Both the position numbers and the translations under genes were made by a program. Source: an uncultured delta proteobacterium (GTDB taxonomy: Bacteria > Desulfobacterota > Syntrophia > Syntrophales > UBA2192). From it: a stretch of 64,000 nt of DNA. The stretch spans positions 4,314 to 68,313 of the forward strand of contig CAWEPT010000012.1 in NCBI GenBank assembly GCA_963810965.1, written 5' to 3'. Each line of letters opens with the position of its first letter. Position 1 is the first letter of the stretch. Under the pieces are notes generated by a model. The model made no database searches. It was not told where the DNA came from and was given only the letters and a program-made list of their open reading frames with translations. Positions 22,854 through 32,220 of the stretch are shown piece by piece.

Positions 22854-23063
22854 CAGGAAAAGCAGGGTATCGGGTCTAGGGTACTGGGTAAGAAAAAAAG
22901 AGGGGTCAAGAGAGCTTGATGAGCACTGGTTGAGTTCTGCAGGCTCGGGGATCGGGTCTCGGGTTTCAGGTGAAAGAAAAGCCCCTGAGCCGAAACGGCC
23001 GGGGCTTTGCTGATTTGATGCCTTTTCTTCCCTGTACCCTGTACCCTAGACCCTGTACCCGTA

Positions 23064-25094
23064 TTACGCCGTGTCGTAGCGGAGGAACTGCATGGTGAAA
23101 ATCGCCCTCCCCTGGGTGGCGGAGCGCAGGTCCGTCGAATACCCGAAGAGCGACCGCAGAGGCACATGCGCCCGGATCTCGGTGACGGGCCCCTTGGGCG
23201 CAACGGAATCCACTTCCCCTTTCCGGGCATTGATGTCGCCGATGACCTCGCCCATGAAGTCCCTGGGGGTGAGGATGTCGATCCGCATGATCGGCTCCAG
23301 GAGAACCGGGTCGGCCTTGGCGCAGCCATCCTTGAAGGCCGTTGCCGCAGCGATCTTGTAGCCCACGGGTGAGGCTTCCCCTTCCTTGAAGGACCCCCCG
23401 GCAATGCGTATTCTCACGTCCAGCACGGGATAACCCGCCAGGACACCGCTGAAAACGGCCTCCCCGAGAGACTCCTCGATGACGGGATGGAATTCCGCTG
23501 GAATGGTCTCGGGCGGAAGCTCGTTTTTGATCTCGATCCCGGCGCCCCTCGGCAGGGGCTCCAGGACGAGCTTCACGTGGCCGAAGTGCTTCTTCTCGCC
23601 CAGCTCGCGTTCGAAGCGCCCGTCGATCTCGACCGATTTCTGAATCGTCTCGCGGTAAACGACACGCGGTTTTCCCACGTTGACGTGGATGTTGTACTCG
23701 CGCAGGAGCCTGTCCACGACGATCTCGAGATGAAGCTCACCCATCCCCGAAATGATCGTCTGGGCCGTCTCCTCGTCATACTTCACCTTGAGGGTGGGGT
23801 CTTCCTCGGAGATCTTGGCAAGCGCCTCGGGCAGCTTGTCCTGATCGGCAGGGGTCTTCGCCTCGATGGCCTGGCCGATGACGGGGTTATAGAACTCGAT
23901 GGACTCCAGGATGATGGGCTTCGACTCCTGACAGAGCGTGTCCCCGGTGGTGCTGTCCTTGAGCCCCGCGATGGCGATGATGTCCCCCGCGCCGGCCACG
24001 TCGATGCGCTCGCGCTTATTGGCGTGCATCTTCAGCAGCCGGGCCACCTTTTCCTTTCTCCCTTTCGTGGCGTTGAAGACCTCGTCGCCTGCTTTCAGGA
24101 GCCCCGAGTAGATGCGGGCGTAGGTGATCTTGCGGCCCTCGATCATGGACACCTTGAAGGCCAGCGCCGAGAAGGGCTCCCTGTCGTTTGCCGCTCGACT
24201 CTCCTCGGTCTTGGTGACGGGGTTCAGCCCCTTCACGGGCGGGACGTCCTCCGGCGACGGGAGGAAATCGATGACGGCATCCAGGATGGGCTGAACCCCC
24301 TTGTTTCGCAGCGCCGCCCCGCACAGGACGGGCACGAGCTTGAGCGACACGGTGGCCTTGCGGATGGCCCGGATCAACTCGGCATCCGGGATGGGGATCT
24401 CGCCCAGGTACTTGTCGGCGATTTCGTCGTCGACCTCGGCAAGCGTCTCCAGCAGTTTTTCCCGCCTGGCCTGCGCCTCGTCACGGAAGTCCCCCGGAAC
24501 CTCGGATACGTCGAAGGCCGCCCCCAGGGTGCCCTCCTGCCAGGTGATGAGCCGCATGCGGATCAGATCGACGATGCCCCTGAAATTCTCCGCCTCGCCG
24601 AGGGGAACCTGGACGGGCAGCGGCCTGGACGCAAACCTCTCCTGCATCATCCCGATGGCCCCGAAGTAGTCGGCGCCGATGCGGTCCATCTTGTTGATGA
24701 AGGCGATCTTGGGGACCCCGTATTTGTCGGCCTGGTGCCACACGGTCTCGGACTGGGGCTCGACTCCGTCCACGGCCGAAAAGACGACCACGGCCCCGTC
24801 GAGAACCCTGAGGCTGCGCTCCACCTCGATGGTGAAGTCCACGTGCCCCGGCGTGTCGATGATGTGGATCTCGTGGTTTTTCCAGTCGCAGGTGGTCACG
24901 GCGGAGGTGATCGTGATGCCGCGTTCCTGCTCCTGGGGCATCCAGTCCATGACGGCCTCGCCGTCGTGCACCTCGCCCATCTTGTAGGACTTGCCCGTGT
25001 AGAAAAGAATCCGCTCCGTCACGGTCGTCTTTCCCGCGTCGATGTGGGCGACAACGCCGATGTTACGGATTCTTGATAGCTTCACTCTTGCCAT
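23064..25094 (-). CDS. fusA: Elongation factor G (copy outside the str operon)
   Basis: [43 protein letters not shown]. Confidence 0.93.
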   Translation of the reverse strand: MARVKLSRIRNIGVVAHIDAGKTTVTERILFYTGKSYKMGEVHDGEAVMDWMPQEQERGITITSAVTTCDWKNHEIHIIDTPGHVDFTIEVERSLRVLDGAVVVFSAVDGVEPQSETVWHQADKYGVPKIAFINKMDRIGADYFGAIGMMQERFASRPLPVQVPLGEAENFRGIVDLIRMRLITWQEGTLGAAFDVSEVPGDFRDEAQARREKLLETLAEVDDEIADKYLGEIPIPDAELIRAIRKATVSLKLVPVLCGAALRNKGVQPILDAVIDFLPSPEDVPPVKGLNPVTKTEESRAANDREPFSALAFKVSMIEGRKITYARIYSGLLKAGDEVFNATKGRKEKVARLLKMHANKRERIDVAGAGDIIAIAGLKDSTTGDTLCQESKPIILESIEFYNPVIGQAIEAKTPADQDKLPEALAKISEEDPTLKVKYDEETAQTIISGMGELHLEIVVDRLLREYNIHVNVGKPRVVYRETIQKSVEIDGRFERELGEKKHFGHVKLVLEPLPRGAGIEIKNELPPETIPAEFHPVIEESLGEAVFSGVLAGYPVLDVRIRIAGGSFKEGEASPVGYKIAAATAFKDGCAKADPVLLEPIMRIDILTPRDFMGEVIGDINARKGEVDSVAPKGPVTEIRAHVPLRSLFGYSTDLRSATQGRAIFTMQFLRYDTA

Positions 25095-25181
25095 GGGCAA
25101 AACCAGTCCTGTCCGGCTGTAACCATCGTTTCGGCTTCTTCAGGGCGGCCATTCCCTCGCGACCCGTTGCGGAAGGTCCCC

Positions 25182-25799
25182 CTAACCGCCGGCTGCTGTC
25201 TGCTTCACGAGATCCTTGTTCGGGAAAATGGGTTCCCGGAGATCGACATGCCCCTTGATCGTCGTGACATCCTTGCCCCCGACCTGGAAGCGGACCTTTT
25301 TGATCTCCGTGAGATTCTGGGTGAGTGTGTTCGCCAGCGAGTAGACGGTGGCCACTTCGCTTGCCGTCCCGCCGGGGTGCTGCTCGATGAAGGGGTTGTC
25401 GAAATTCAGGGTTGCCGTGCCGTCGGCGATGCGGACCCCCTGCAGCTTTGCCCCTGCGGGGATCGTCCGGATCTGCCCCAGCTTGGGCCCTTCGATGAGG
25501 GCCTTCACGATCTCTTCGGCCTGGGCCGCCGTGTTCTTCCCCTTGGGGATGAGCCGCTTTTCCGCGACGAGGAACCGCTCGTTGGCATCGGAGAAGTAGA
25601 GCACCACTTCCTTCCTCTCCCGTTTTGCCGCCGCTTCTTCGGCGTCAGGCGGAAAGATGGTATCCGAGAGCGCCCAGAACATGAAGGCCAGGAACCCGCC
25701 GCCGATGAGGACGGCGCCGAGGATGAAGAACAGCCTGAAGGTCTTCTTTTTTTTCCGCGTCTTGAATTCGTCGGTTCGTCGCTGTCTCTTGCTCGCCAT
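25182..25799 (-). CDS. GerMN domain membrane-anchored protein
   Basis: N-terminal TM; LYFSD, LIEGP, YSLANTLT motifs. Confidence 0.82.
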   Translation of the reverse strand: MASKRQRRTDEFKTRKKKKTFRLFFILGAVLIGGGFLAFMFWALSDTIFPPDAEEAAAKRERKEVVLYFSDANERFLVAEKRLIPKGKNTAAQAEEIVKALIEGPKLGQIRTIPAGAKLQGVRIADGTATLNFDNPFIEQHPGGTASEVATVYSLANTLTQNLTEIKKVRFQVGGKDVTTIKGHVDLREPIFPNKDLVKQTAAGG

Positions 25800-25834
25800 A
25801 TCCGCTCAGTTCCGCCGGCCCGCTCTCATCGGGG

Positions 25835-26602
25835 CTACAGCTTTTTCAGATTCTCCCTGGATTTCACCGCCCAGTCCGATTCGGGGGCCAGCTGGATGAC
25901 CTTCTTGAACGACTCGGCGGCCTCCTTTCGCTTGCGCAGCTGCATCTGGGTCATCCCGAGCCAGTAATGCCCCTCGGCAAGATTGGACGCCAGTTGAACG
26001 GATCGGGTCAGATGCTTTTCCGCTTCCGGGTATGAACCCTCCTGGTAATCGATGACCCCCAGGTTCAGTTCCAGGACGGGCAACAGGTAGGTGTTCGGCT
26101 CCTTCCGGATGGCCTCGCTGAAGCTGGCATAGGCCCCCTTCAGGTCCCCCTTCGCCTTGTAGGCCCTGCCCATGTTGTAGAGGGGCAACGACGGGGTCTC
26201 GTAGAGGGGGTTGCCCAGCGCCCGGTTGAAGGACGCGATGGCCTCATCGTAGTTTCCCCGCGCCAGGTAAATCGTCCCCAGGAAGTTGTGCGCCTCGGAA
26301 TAGTCGGGCTTGAGGGCAATGGCCTTCTGGAACTCCTTGACGGCATCATCGATAAACCCCTTGCGCTCATAGGCGATCCCCATGTAGTAGTGCACCGTGG
26401 GGTCATTGGGGGTCAGCTTTTCGGCCTCGAGGAGCTCCTTCAGGGCCGGCGTGTACTGGCCTGCCTGGATGTGCGCCGCCCCGATGCGGATGTGCCCCAT
26501 GGCCTTATTCTTGAGTTCCGTATCGGAGACGCAGCCGGCAAAAACCATCGCCAGGAGCGCAAGCCCGGCGAGTCCCATCATCCATGAACGGGTATTTTTC
26601 AT
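25835..26602 (-). CDS. TPR lipoprotein, PilF/PilW-like
   Basis: Lipobox FAGC; tandem TPRs; NPLYETP. Confidence 0.8.
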   Translation of the reverse strand: MKNTRSWMMGLAGLALLAMVFAGCVSDTELKNKAMGHIRIGAAHIQAGQYTPALKELLEAEKLTPNDPTVHYYMGIAYERKGFIDDAVKEFQKAIALKPDYSEAHNFLGTIYLARGNYDEAIASFNRALGNPLYETPSLPLYNMGRAYKAKGDLKGAYASFSEAIRKEPNTYLLPVLELNLGVIDYQEGSYPEAEKHLTRSVQLASNLAEGHYWLGMTQMQLRKRKEAAESFKKVIQLAPESDWAVKSRENLKKL

Positions 26603-26616
26603 TTTTTCCCTTCTTC

Positions 26617-27192
26617 CTATTTCCGGTTGCCGTTGACCCACCAGTCACTCTTGTCTCGGAACCACCACTGTGTCCAGTCCGTTTGGAGGATCGTGTCGGC
26701 CAGCTTCTTCCCCTGATCCGTGCAGAGCCTGCGGACGGCGAAGTTCAGCCATTCCTGGCTGTACTGGTTGCCCAGATCCCCGTACTCCTTGAGCTGCAGG
26801 ATGAGGCCGAGCTGATCGGCATCGTGAGCCAGCAGGGCTTCCCTCGTCTTTTTCTCGTTGAACTCCTCGAGGACGGCCCGGATCTCGCCGCCGAAGGGCA
26901 GGTGTTCCGTCAGCTCCCGGACGGCCTTCTCCTCGTCGACGGTGACGTACTTCTTGTACATGTAATTCTGGTCGCCCGTCCTTGCCTCGGGAAGGTCGTG
27001 AACAAGGCACATCCGGAGCACCTTCAACTCGTCCGCGGCGGGATCGAGCTTGCAGAGCGAATAGCCGATGAAAAGGGTTCTCAGGATGTGTTCTGCGACG
27101 GACTCTTTGCCGGAACCGAGAAACCGAAACCCCGTGCGCGGGGTTTTGTTCAGCATGCCCACTTCGAATAGAAAGTTTGCGATTTCCTCCAT
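26617..27192 (-). CDS. HD-domain phosphohydrolase (YfbR-like)
   Basis: ESVAEH, HDLPEARTGD, DADQL. Confidence 0.85.
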   Translation of the reverse strand: MEEIANFLFEVGMLNKTPRTGFRFLGSGKESVAEHILRTLFIGYSLCKLDPAADELKVLRMCLVHDLPEARTGDQNYMYKKYVTVDEEKAVRELTEHLPFGGEIRAVLEEFNEKKTREALLAHDADQLGLILQLKEYGDLGNQYSQEWLNFAVRRLCTDQGKKLADTILQTDWTQWWFRDKSDWWVNGNRK

Positions 27193-27193
27193 C

Positions 27194-27403
27194 TCATCCC
27201 TTCTTCAAGGTACTGACCCGGTTTGCCATGTTCTCGGAGAGTTTCCGGATCTCGAGCTGCAGCGGGGCGATCCCCTCGGGCTTCATGGCATAGATCCGGT
27301 CCAGGCGTTCTTTCCAGTGCTCGATCACGGCGATCTCGTGCTCCCTGAGTTTGTGCTCGAACTTCTTCTGCACTTCCTTGACGAACTCGGCGTCTCTGGA
27401 CAT
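27194..27403 (-). CDS. Small helical hypothetical protein
   Basis: 69-aa ORF MSRDAEFVKEVQKK..., tightly coupled to the HD gene. Confidence 0.65.
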   Translation of the reverse strand: MSRDAEFVKEVQKKFEHKLREHEIAVIEHWKERLDRIYAMKPEGIAPLQLEIRKLSENMANRVSTLKKG

Positions 27404-27767
27404 GGAACCCCTTTTTCCGTCTCCGGGCGATAAAGACTGTGTATTATAACAACAACCCCCCATCTTGCAAGCGGGAATCTGGGAGCGGGAGGGGCCGGAC
27501 AAGCGCTTTCACGGACGGATGACCGCCGCAGCGGACCGAACGTGCTCGAAGGCCCTGCGCCGCGAAGCGCCCCACCGATCCTGCAGCTTCGGTTGCACCC
27601 GAGTGCGGCCGGGCGCCGCCCGGAGAGCGCGATTTGCAGAGAATACCCGGCTACAATTTCATTGACAAAGGGAGCGATTTTATGCCAGTGTCGCCACTTA
27701 GCGAACCGCCCCCGGCCCTTCCCCGGGCGGGTCATGGAGATTACCGGGACAGGAGATTACCCCCAAC

Positions 27768-28474
27768 GTGATTCCGGATCTGCTGGGACATGTCAGCTTC
27801 AGCTGGGAATTCGTCGCCGCCCTCCTGAGCATCGTCCTCATCGACCTCATCCTCGCCGGGGACAATGCCGTGATCATCGCCATGGCGGTGCGCTCGCTTC
27901 CCCGCAAGCAGCGCCAGAAGGGAATCCTGATCGGCGCCGGCGCCGCGGTCCTCCTGCGGGTCGTTCTCACCTTCTTCGCGGCCCAGCTCCTGCAGACCCC
28001 CTACCTGAAGTTCGTCGGGGGGCTCTTCATCCTCTGGATCGCCGTGAAGCTCTTCATCGAGGGCAGCGCCGGGAGAGGAGGTCCACCGGGAGGCCAAGGA
28101 CGATCTGGCAGGCCATGTGGGTCATCGTCGTCGCCGACATCACCATGTCCGTGGACAACGTGCTCGCCGTGGCGGGCGCCTCGAAGGGCAACCTCTTCCT
28201 GCTCATCTTCGGCCTCGGTCTGAGCATCCCCTTCGTCGTCTTCACGAGCAGCCTGCTGTCCATGCTGATGGACAAGTACCCTTACATCATCTATATTGGG
28301 GCTGCCGTCCTCGGCAAGGTCGGGGCGGAGATGATCATTACGGACCCCGTCATCGTGGATCATTTCAGCCCCTCGGTGGTTGTTCCAGTACGCGATGGAG
28401 GCCCTGGTCGCACGTCGGCGTCATCGTGCATCGGCAAGCTGTGGGTCCGCTGGAAGATATCGTCCAGGAAATGA
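27768..28474 (+). CDS. TerC/YjbE-family membrane protein (frameshifts)
   Basis: IDLILAGDNAVIIAMA; ADITMSVDNVLAVAG. Confidence 0.85.
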
Positions 28475-28538
28475 CCCGCGCATTGCGGGACCATCCGTAT
28501 AAATCACATCCACCCCAGAACGGCAGGGACTCACAACC

Positions 28539-29342
28539 ATGGCGATTCTGACCATATCCAGGGAATTCCGCAGCGGCGGACAGGAAATCGGGACCGCCGT
28601 CGCAGAGCGCCTGAGATACGATTACGTGGGCAAGGAACGGATCCTGTCCGATCTCAGGGGACAGGGCGATCGCTGGATCGCCCTGCTCAACGAGGTGGAC
28701 GAGGACCGTCCGACGATCTGGGACCGGTTTGACTGGGAATACCAGGGGCTCATGGCGCTCATGGATTCCTATATCTACGATCGCGCCATGGATGACCGCG
28801 TCGTCCTCGTGGGCCGCGGCTCGAATTTCCTCCTCGAGGGGATGCCCCACGCTTTGAGGGTCCGGCTCACGGCGCCCATCGAGCAGCGGGTCGACAGGGT
28901 CATGCGCAAGGACGGCGTGGACCGGAAAAACGCCGTGCGGCTCATCGAAAAAATGGACAACGACCGTGCCTCCTTCATCCGGGCGAACTTCCACCGAGAC
29001 TGGTACGACCTGACCGCCTACGACATGGTCTTCAACACGGCCGTCCAGACCTTTCAGGAGATCACCGACATCGTCTGCAACGCCCTGCAGGAAAAGGCGG
29101 GAAAACTCACCCTGGAAGCATGGGAGATGCTGCGCGGCAGGATGCTTGCTGCCCGGATCAAGGCCCACATCGCAACCAACTCCAAAATCAAGGTCCCGAC
29201 GCTCAAGGTGTTTTTCGACGGCAAATCCATCATCCTCCAGGGGGTCGTACGCCGGATGGCGGATCTGCAGGCGATCGGCGAGATCGTGACGGTCTCGGCC
29301 CAGGGGACGCCGGTGAGGAACGAACTGCGCTACGGGATATGA
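28539..29342 (+). CDS. Cytidylate kinase-like protein with a C-terminal BON-like domain
   Basis: ILTISREFRSGG, VLVGRG, YDMVFNT. Confidence 0.8.
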   Translation: MAILTISREFRSGGQEIGTAVAERLRYDYVGKERILSDLRGQGDRWIALLNEVDEDRPTIWDRFDWEYQGLMALMDSYIYDRAMDDRVVLVGRGSNFLLEGMPHALRVRLTAPIEQRVDRVMRKDGVDRKNAVRLIEKMDNDRASFIRANFHRDWYDLTAYDMVFNTAVQTFQEITDIVCNALQEKAGKLTLEAWEMLRGRMLAARIKAHIATNSKIKVPTLKVFFDGKSIILQGVVRRMADLQAIGEIVTVSAQGTPVRNELRYGI

Positions 29343-29388
29343 GGCTCGAGGAACCAGGGGCAAGGACACGAGGAAAAAAAAAGAGACG

Positions 29389-29420
29389 AAAAAAGGCGCC
29401 GAAGAATCGGCGCCTTTTTT
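29389..29420. terminator. Intrinsic terminator
   Basis: AAAAAAGGCGCCGA...TCGGCGCCTTTTTT. Confidence 0.85.
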
Positions 29421-29749
29421 ATCACCGGCCCTCGTCAGTCAGGCTTGTTTCCTGCCCAAAAATATCGGCCGAAAATATCTGGTAAAAAGCGCGCAAATTG
29501 GATATAGAAGCCAAGGGTTCGGCGATTGAACGCCGTTAGACAGGGTCATTCCACCATGCATCCGGAGATCTCCGGATGCCCAACCGTATCTGCCCGGGGT
29601 GTACAAGGAGGGGCTTGCATCCTTACCGGCAGCACCTCCTGACGCATATATTCCGTTATTGTTTCCTTATTACTCTTATTGCATACCGCCCTGCCCGGCT
29701 GCGGCCGGGGTGCAGGGCCTCACAGGATTTGTGGAAAGGAGGTTTTATC

Positions 29750-31109
29750 ATGCTCAGGCGGATTGCATCCGTTTTTCACGTATTTCATGAGGCACTACCT
29801 TCCCGATGCCTACCTCTTCGCCATCCTGCTGACGTTCCTCTCGGCGGTCCTCGCCCTGATCTTCACGCCGACGGACGTCATGAAGATGATCATGGCCTGG
29901 GGAAACGGCATCTACGGGATCGTGGCCTTCGCCATGCAGATGATCCTGATCCTCGTGACGGGCCACTGCCTGGCCCTCACCCCGGCGGTCAAGAGGGCGC
30001 TGGTCTGGATCGCCGGCAAGGGCGACACGCCCATCAAGGCCGGGATGATCGTCTCCTTCGTGGCGGGCGTGGGCTCCTGGCTCAACTGGGGCTTCGGCCT
30101 CATCGTCGGAGGCCTTTTGGCCCTCGAGGTGGCCAAGCGCACGAAGAAGGTGGATTACCCCTACCTCATCGCGGCGGCCTACAGCGGGTTCGTGGTCTGG
30201 CACCAGGGCTTGTCCGGCTCGATCCCCCTGGTCTGCGCCACCTCGAAGCACGCGCAGAACTTCATCGAGAAGATCACCGGGTCGCCGGTTCCCGTCGTCC
30301 GACACCATCTTTGCCATCCTACAACCTCATTGCGGCGCTGCTGATCATCTTCACACTTCCCGTCCTGTACGCGATGATCCATCCGAAGCCGGAAGAGGTC
30401 CAGGAGATCAGCGAGGCCAAGCTCAAGGAGATGGCCGACGAGACGATCCACGAGGAAAGGCCGGCCAACCCCACCCTGGCCGAGAGGATCGACCACAGCT
30501 ACGCGATCAACATCGTCTTCGGCCTCATGGGGCTTGCCTACCTGGTGAACCACTTCATGACCAAGGGCATGGACCTCAACCTCAACATCGTCATCTTCCT
30601 GTTCTTCATCGTCGGCGTCCTGCTCCACGGAAAGCCCGTCAACTACATCAAGGCCGTCAACACCGCCATCAGAGGGGGCCGGCGGCATCGCCCTGCAGTT
30701 CCCGCTCTACGGCGGCATCCAGGGGATCATGATCGGGACGGGGCTCGGGAAGGTCATCGCCACCTGGTTCGTGGCCATCTCGACGCCGGTGACGTTCTAC
30801 ATGCTCCAGTTCTGGGCGGGCGGGCTCATCAACATGTTCGTCCCCTCCGGCGGCGGTCAGTGGCTCGTCCAGGGCCCGATCACCATCGAGGCGGCCAAGA
30901 CCCTGGGGATCGACATGACCAGGTCCGCCATGATGGTGGCCTGGGGAGACCAGTGGACGAACATGATCCAGCCCTTCTGGGCGCTGCCGCTTCTCGGACT
31001 GGCGGGGCTCTCGGCCAGGGCCGTCATGGGCTACACGACGATGACCCTTCTGTGGAGCGGCGTGATCCTGTCGGTCATCGCCCTGCTCATGGGCTATGGG
31101 GTCATGTAA
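29750..31109 (+). CDS. atoE: Short-chain fatty acid transporter, AtoE family (several indels)
   Basis: LPDAYLFAILLT, FAMQMILILVTG, NWGFGL, QFPLYGGI, FVPSGGGQW, WGDQWTNMIQPFWALP. Confidence 0.88.
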
Positions 31110-31137
31110 TCTCAAGCTTCCATTCAGCGCATGGCAT

Positions 31138-31171
31138 AAAAAAGCCGGCTCCTTCGGGGGCCGGCTTTTTT
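31138..31171. terminator. Bidirectional intrinsic terminator
   Basis: AAAAAAGCCGGCTCC-TTCG-GGGGCCGGCTTTTTT. Confidence 0.85.
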
Positions 31172-31254
31172 AATCTTTCAGACGTTGCCTGTACAGAAGG
31201 ATCAATACGATCGATTCTCTGCTTTTCATGGTTTCAGGGATGCGCGGAAATGAA

Positions 31255-31404
31255 TCAGAGGGCCTTTGTCGCCCAGGAGGGCAAGACGGCCTTCGACGGT
31301 TTTGCGGAAGAGGCAGAGAGGTAGACCAACGCGAGGACGAGGATTGCCGGGTTGGCGAGGCAGCGCTTGATCCGTTTGTCCATGTATCCTTGCAGCGTTG
31401 ACAT
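31255..31404 (-). CDS. Possible 49-aa hydrophobic peptide downstream of sRNA 2
   Basis: MSTLQGYMDKRIKRCLANPAILVLALVYLSASS...; only a weak SD (AGGAAG). Confidence 0.25.
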   Translation of the reverse strand: MSTLQGYMDKRIKRCLANPAILVLALVYLSASSAKPSKAVLPSWATKAL

Positions 31405-31418
31405 GATCGAGCTTCCTG

Positions 31419-31547
31419 TTTGAAAAAGGTATCGGTGGATGGAAAGGAGGGACCAAAACCATCCACCGATCAACCTCTTTCAAATGAGCGCCGGGAAATA
31501 TTGGGGTCTGTCAGGGTCTTGGGTATTTCCCGGAACGTCTCAGTTGA
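31419..31547 (-). ncRNA. Candidate sigma54-dependent sRNA 2 with anti-SD loop
   Basis: Sigma54 promoter; 10-bp 5' stem (31491-31500/31524-31533); long hairpin with loop UUUUGGUCCCUCCUUU, homologous to sRNA 1. Confidence 0.68.
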
Positions 31548-31557
31548 AGTAAGATTG

Positions 31558-31573
31558 AGCAATAAGGATGCCA
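31558..31573 (-). promoter_or_regulatory. Sigma54 (-24/-12) promoter
   Basis: Minus strand TGGCATCCTTATTGCT, 15/16 identical to the promoter at 20314. Confidence 0.8.
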
Positions 31574-31776
31574 TGTCATGCCTCATTTCAGAAAAAAGTG
31601 AGCGTTCATTAATTAGTTAATAATATAATCAATTTCAGATACTTACAGAAATGCTGCCCTGCAGCAGCAAGGCAACTTCCTTGCCCCGGCCGGACGCGGC
31701 ACCTCACAAGACGTTCGATTAATGAACGATTAGTGTACATTTCTTGTCAACGCATTGCCGGAAGCCGCTCACAAGA

Positions 31777-31813
31777 TGTGCGACAAATGAACTGTGAGTG
31801 CTATTTACGCACA
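31777..31813. promoter_or_regulatory. Two 17-bp dyads 20 bp apart (candidate bEBP enhancer)
   Basis: TGTGCGACAAATGAACT and AGTGCTATTTACGCACA. Confidence 0.55.
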
Positions 31814-32220
31814 TTTCGTTCTGTCGGGCGATATTCGCCTGCCCTGGTGGCCGACCGGTCGCAGGTCGGGGCGCTGACCGAGAGGAGGAAATCCTCTGCG
31901 GGCCGGAAGCGCCCTGAGCATGCGGCATTGCGCCGCGGCATCGGATGCAGCGGCAGAAAACCCCGGCCTTTGCCCGAAAATACGTTTTTAACCTTGACAG
32001 AACGGCGGCATTTATGTATATCTCACGCGTTTTATTAAAGGCGCTTGGGACCTGAAAATCAGCCCGCAAGCACCCTTCCCCGCCGTTCTTTTGCCACGCC
32101 TGAGACAGAGAGAGGATCACCCCGGGCGAGTTGATTCATGAGACTCACGCTATGCGCTTGCACAGGAAAGTCCGTCATTCGCGCTTTGGGGCCAAATTTT
32201 AGAAAGGGAGGTAGTTGGTT

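Noticed and set aside
27660-27770. yybP-ykoY riboswitch expected upstream of the TerC gene
   Set aside because: The conserved riboswitch elements are not visible; only a short GGAGATTACC direct repeat is present.
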